Notes under the pieces: model-generated
The model's database searches: none
The model's input: the letters and a program-made list of their open reading frames with translations, nothing else
Told to the model about the DNA's origin: nothing
Part shown: one piece after another, positions 59,179-64,000 of the stretch
How the letters are laid out: each line of letters opens with the position of its first letter
Position numbering within the stretch: position 1 is the stretch's first letter
NCBI GenBank assembly: GCA_040954595.2
Contig: CM082584.2
Coordinates: forward strand, 6,390,110 to 6,454,109
Direction of reading: 5' to 3'
Source of the DNA: Balanoglossus misakiensis
Lineage: Eukaryota; Animalia; Hemichordata
DNA: 64,000 bases
Position numbers and translations under genes: made by a program

Positions 59179-62100
59179 TTCCCAGAGGTGCACTAAAGAA
59201 ATCTGGAAGAAAGAAAAACGGAAAGAATTTCTTCAGTTTAAGCTGTGAAGAAATTTTTAATCTCATTTCCTGGGAGATACAAGAACATATACCGTAATGA
59301 TGTTTTCAATCTACTTAAATCAGCACTGGGCTTTCTTTTTCCTTTGACGCGTGCAATCTTGATCATAATGCATTCACCAATCAAACGCTATCACAAAAAT
59401 CATACAAACACTTAATCCAATAATGGGTTTACGCCTAACCCCAAACACCTTCTGCTTTTAAGCCTACAAAAATTTCCACCATATTTTCTACACTTTTTTA
59501 TCCTCACTTGATTTTTATCGCGCAATTAAATCTAGCTCATATCACTTATCCATTATTTGTTGTCTGAGAACTTCTGAACTTCTATTCATAACTGTACAAA
59601 AAACCTGCAATCATAAACAAGTGCATATACTTTCTCCCATGTAAGACATCTTGCATTGAAAGCTCATGAAAGTCGTACAAGAAATACAGATTATCTCACT
59701 TCCATTTCACAGACTGAATCAACATCTACCTTTAATTATAAAGTGGAACGTATAATCCAACTAAAGTGAAGATTTCCCAAACTTTATACATTTCAAATTT
59801 ACCGCACAATCTCAGAAGTACTCAAATCCCACAGGTCCTAATCTACGGGTCTTAAACATGAGAAAGGAGAAATTTCCCCAAACCCACACTCTCTCAGCAG
59901 GGCAGACGGGAAAAAAACGCTTAATATCAAGCAGAGCCCTGGATTAAATTCCTCCTGTTTAAAGAAGTCCTCAAATTTACTACCCGGTTGGAGACCAAGA
60001 GGTCAACAGAGGTCAAACAGACCAATTAGAGAAATGCCAGGGGTTGGTCACGTCCCAAGCTTACATGTATATATAGCGACCCTGCTGTTTTAAAACTGAT
60101 TCAGGTGTTGGGAAAATGATGTAATTGACTCCCGTAACACTGCGTAATTTCCCATGAGTTGAATGTGTCGATGTCTGGCAGGTATCCGTGTTGAAGAGGC
60201 ATGACGTCTCTCCCGGATTAGAGTCATTGCTATTGATATTCCGTGTGGTCAGCACTATATGCAGTTCATCGGCCGTAATCCCTGGGAAGATAGTCGCACC
60301 AGGCCTGTCGAGTCTGAGGACACTATAACACCTAGCTCAGAAGAAAAGTTTGGCTGTTGTGGGTCAATGCACTTGGCCAGTCATATGTTTTCACGGGTCT
60401 TTTTCAGACCAAAAGGATCATCTCTTTTCTCCCTTCTGTGATCTGTCAGAGTCATGCCGTCCATCACTAACTTTTAAATGTCGTGACTGCAGGGTTCATC
60501 CATATCCAGACAGTGTTGCTTCATTGAATATGTGTCAAAATGTCATTAATCGAAACGCTAACTGTGATTCCTTTCTTTAAAGACAAGCTTGAAGCCTACT
60601 CCCCCCCCCCAAAAAAAAAACAGACCATATTTTGTTCACCAACCTTTAAGTCCTCTCAATCGAGCAGTGAGTTCGGCAGTACTGATATAGCTTTTACCAT
60701 ATATCTCGCGCACTGAAGAGAAATATCCAGACCACTGCATGTCAACTACAAGATGTTAGGTCTCATGTCCAAGAAACATCAAGCCAAACTGACCACAACA
60801 GATGTCCCAGACAACTATACGCAGGAAGTACGTGATACAAATCGAACATTGTAATCCTGATTTGCATGTTCTTGCTACAGATTCGTCAAAGTTTTGAAAC
60901 CTAAACCTCTCTCTATCACACTAAGGGATAATGCCAAACAACGGGGGATGCTGCATTGAATTTAGGGTAAAAAGTCAAGGCTGACAAATATAAACAAACC
61001 CAAAATACTACATCTCATAAGCACCTACTTTATCATGATTTACATACAATTACAAATTTCAGGTCACCTCATCACAGTCAAAACTTGTCTGCCTCTAACA
61101 GCTCAAGAAACGTTCTTCCAAATAAACTGTTGTAAGTTTATTTAGTTTTCTTTTGACCCAAATGAAAATTTACTGTAATCACCCAAGAAAATTTGTTATT
61201 TTTGCAGAGTGCAAAGGAAAATTACCACTACACTGCTGAATAAAGTTCACTATGAATACACATGTATGTGCACATTGTTTTTCTTTCCCAAATACACATG
61301 CACACTCACTGGCAATCCTATTTGCAGATAGTCTAGTATCTAGCTGTAATTTGTAACTTAGTTTTGGACGCAAAGCTGACAAAATACGGCTAGATACTAG
61401 ACTAATTTGCAGAGAAAAGTGAAAAATTCCCTCCGACTTTCACCAGTGGGAGCTGGATACCTGATAGCCATACCTCACCCCTGAACAGCTACAGAAATAA
61501 TTCGCTCCGATTACAAATTTCCCTTCTGCAACTCAGCTGCCCAGTGGTGAGTGAACGACAGCGTAAACATATCTTGCAAAGCGATCAGCGTGCGACTGTG
61601 TTGTCATTGCTGCAGGAGGTGTTGATATTCACACAGCCTATTTAAAACCACGTGAGGTACGTAACCCCGGAATGACAATATGCTTTGACCAAACCGACTG
61701 CAACTCAATCGCAGTAACAGAATGGAATGAAATGTCGCACACAGGCTATTAGAAAATGTACACCAAAGAAGTCACACATAAAAATAAACGTGGTATACCA
61801 TGAGCACGTACAAGAGAATACACATCTGTGGCTGCTGTATACGCACATGCTTTTGTTTTTTGAATTACAGTGCCTCTAAATATTTGGGTTTCGCCTATTG
61901 CCTTGCTACATGCATACTTTTTCGTGTCACAGTAAAGTTAGAGCAGGTACAAAAAGTTGTACAATGAATAATTCGATTTACCAAGTCAACATTGACTGTA
62001 GATACAGTACAGAAGCAACTCAAACTTGTTACGATGTCAGTAACTGGAGTAAGCAATTACACATCCTTGTCAGACGGTTAAATTGAATATAAACCCACTC

Positions 62101-64000
62101 TTTCACATTCCTTACATGATGAATTTAGACTCAGAGTTCAATGTGACCTACTCAGCAACTTCATCCAATAACGCCCAAAGCACAAAAATAACACTGCTAC
62201 ATTGCCTAACAGTGCACCAACCACTGTTAGGCAATGTTAATGTTTAATTTCATAACTATAATGATCACTTTTCATATCAAATTCACCATTTACAACCTGT
62301 TACATAAATCAAGCTTCAACTGACACGCTCTTCAACCAAATTTATCTCTTGTAAACTAAAGACTCAGTTTGAGTGCTGAAAAAACAGGGCGCCATACAGC
62401 AGAATACAAACATCCATTGACCTTGAGCTATTTGATACCAATGTATACATTGTGTTATTTTCCTCTAGTGTGGCAATTTATGACACTTTTTCGACCAATC
62501 AATGAGCAGAAAGTGACATCAAGTGTGTGAGATCACATGACACCTTTGCGACCAATCCTTGCTTACCTTCAAGTATCTTTAAAAAGTCACATGAAACCTT
62601 TGGTATCAGTCACAAACAGCCTATTGCAATGAACTTGAATCAGTGCAAGTTGCCCTGCCCTTGGCTGATATGATATCTAAAAATAATATTTTCATTTAAA
62701 AATAAAACAAACAATGGTAGCTACTGTGCGTTGTATTTGACACACATACTGGTCATAAGCAGTGCACCTCTTTGACATCGAGTAAAATGTGAGTTGGTAT
62801 GCCATCAAATCCTCCTAAAGAATCACTCACTCTCAACTGCAACACTAGCTGGTATGCACTTGAACTTCACAGTTCAAACACAGTACTCTCTTGGGAAGTT
62901 TGTTTTCTCTCAACTGGGGGACATGATTGCCATACCTTCCAAATGTCTGTGCCATGTTGATTGACTGGTCAAGTATTTCAGTCACGTCGCATACCTCTAA
63001 GCCTCGGGACACAAATCACCGAATTCCCCCTGCAGACAGTTTTGACAGGTTACGCGCACTCTCCGCTCTTGTTTAACAGCCACGACCGGCTGTAAAAACG
63101 CGGCCATTTCGTTGAAACCCTTGTCTCTTGAATAAGAGTTATGACGTCGTGATTTTCGTCAGATGCTGACCTCTGACCTGACCAGTACAGGGCACCCCTC
63201 CTATGAAACTCCAAAACTAAACTTGTCGGCAAACTTTTTGACATCTATCAATCGCGTACTTCACAAGTGTTGAAGTTCGCCATGCAATTTAACTGTACAC
63301 GGAACACTTTCACACCATAATAAACAGAGCTGAACTATTTCAGAATTAACACACTGGTATTTTTTTATTCTGCCTTAACTGTGGACACAACATTTGTGAT
63401 CATTTTATCTTGTTTGACCTAGATTTATACGATTACTGACATGTCTTTTGAGTGGGACCGGAAACAAACACCTATCCACATGCAAATGAGCAGCTCATAC
63501 TGAGGACAATCCTCATCTGGTCTCTTAATTCTCTGACAGGCGTTTGACTTCTTCAAACATTGTACATCATGAGACCAACTTTAGACTAAGCCACTGGACT
63601 ATGATGCCCTAGTCCAATGCATGTCTTGGCTATGACAAATGTTTCTGAATAAGTATAATTGCCTGGTGGTATGATAATGATATCCAACTGACAATAGTAT
63701 ACAATATAGTGAGTAAATGAAATCAGTGGAAACACATTTGAGAAATATTTTAGAAATATCTCTAGACATGAAATATTACAACAAAATGCTTACTACCGGT
63801 AGGTGGACTATAACCATAATACCGGTTATGTATTGGATGATACAAATTGATATGTGTACATCACAACCTTTAACAAAGTTTGAATTTAATCAGTTGGGCT
63901 ATTAAAGTCTGTCAAATAGTTCCAGTTTCGTCTATAGGAACTAAAAATGAGTATATAACGAGAGACAACCCTACCTAGTTGTTTCTACGGTTACATCGCT

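Noticed and set aside
62490-62600. Strong minus-strand donor (GAAG|GTAAGC near 62566) close to CCAAT/E-box motifs, as a possible FGFR non-coding first exon
   Set aside because: It cannot be distinguished from chance without transcript data. The true first exon may lie outside the window.

Overview
AT-rich, intron-rich animal genomic DNA, probably a marine invertebrate (taxon is an inference). I assembled four spliced protein-coding genes by hand and checked splice phase exon by exon. (1) ERCC4/XPF on the minus strand: 23 exons visible, one GC-AG intron, last exon(s) beyond the left edge. (2) FARSA on the minus strand: 11 exons, about 515 aa. (3) An uncharacterised multi-pass membrane protein of about 825 aa on the plus strand, head-to-head with FARSA, with a very GC3-rich 1.7-kb exon. 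(4) A fibroblast growth factor receptor on the minus strand: about 727 aa, only two Ig domains, C-terminus ESTV. The most notable signal is an unannotated 93-nt in-frame exon with two cysteines (49814-49906) inside the 13.3-kb intron that splits the FGFR ligand-specificity Ig domain, with a MITE inserted about 20 nt past its donor. Also notable: two independent tandem duplications in FARSA that each copy a 5' splice site, a start-stop uORF before the FGFR ATG, and at least four MITE families. No rRNA, tRNA, CRISPR array or autonomous transposon was recognised. Most short ORFs in the supplied track are spurious.
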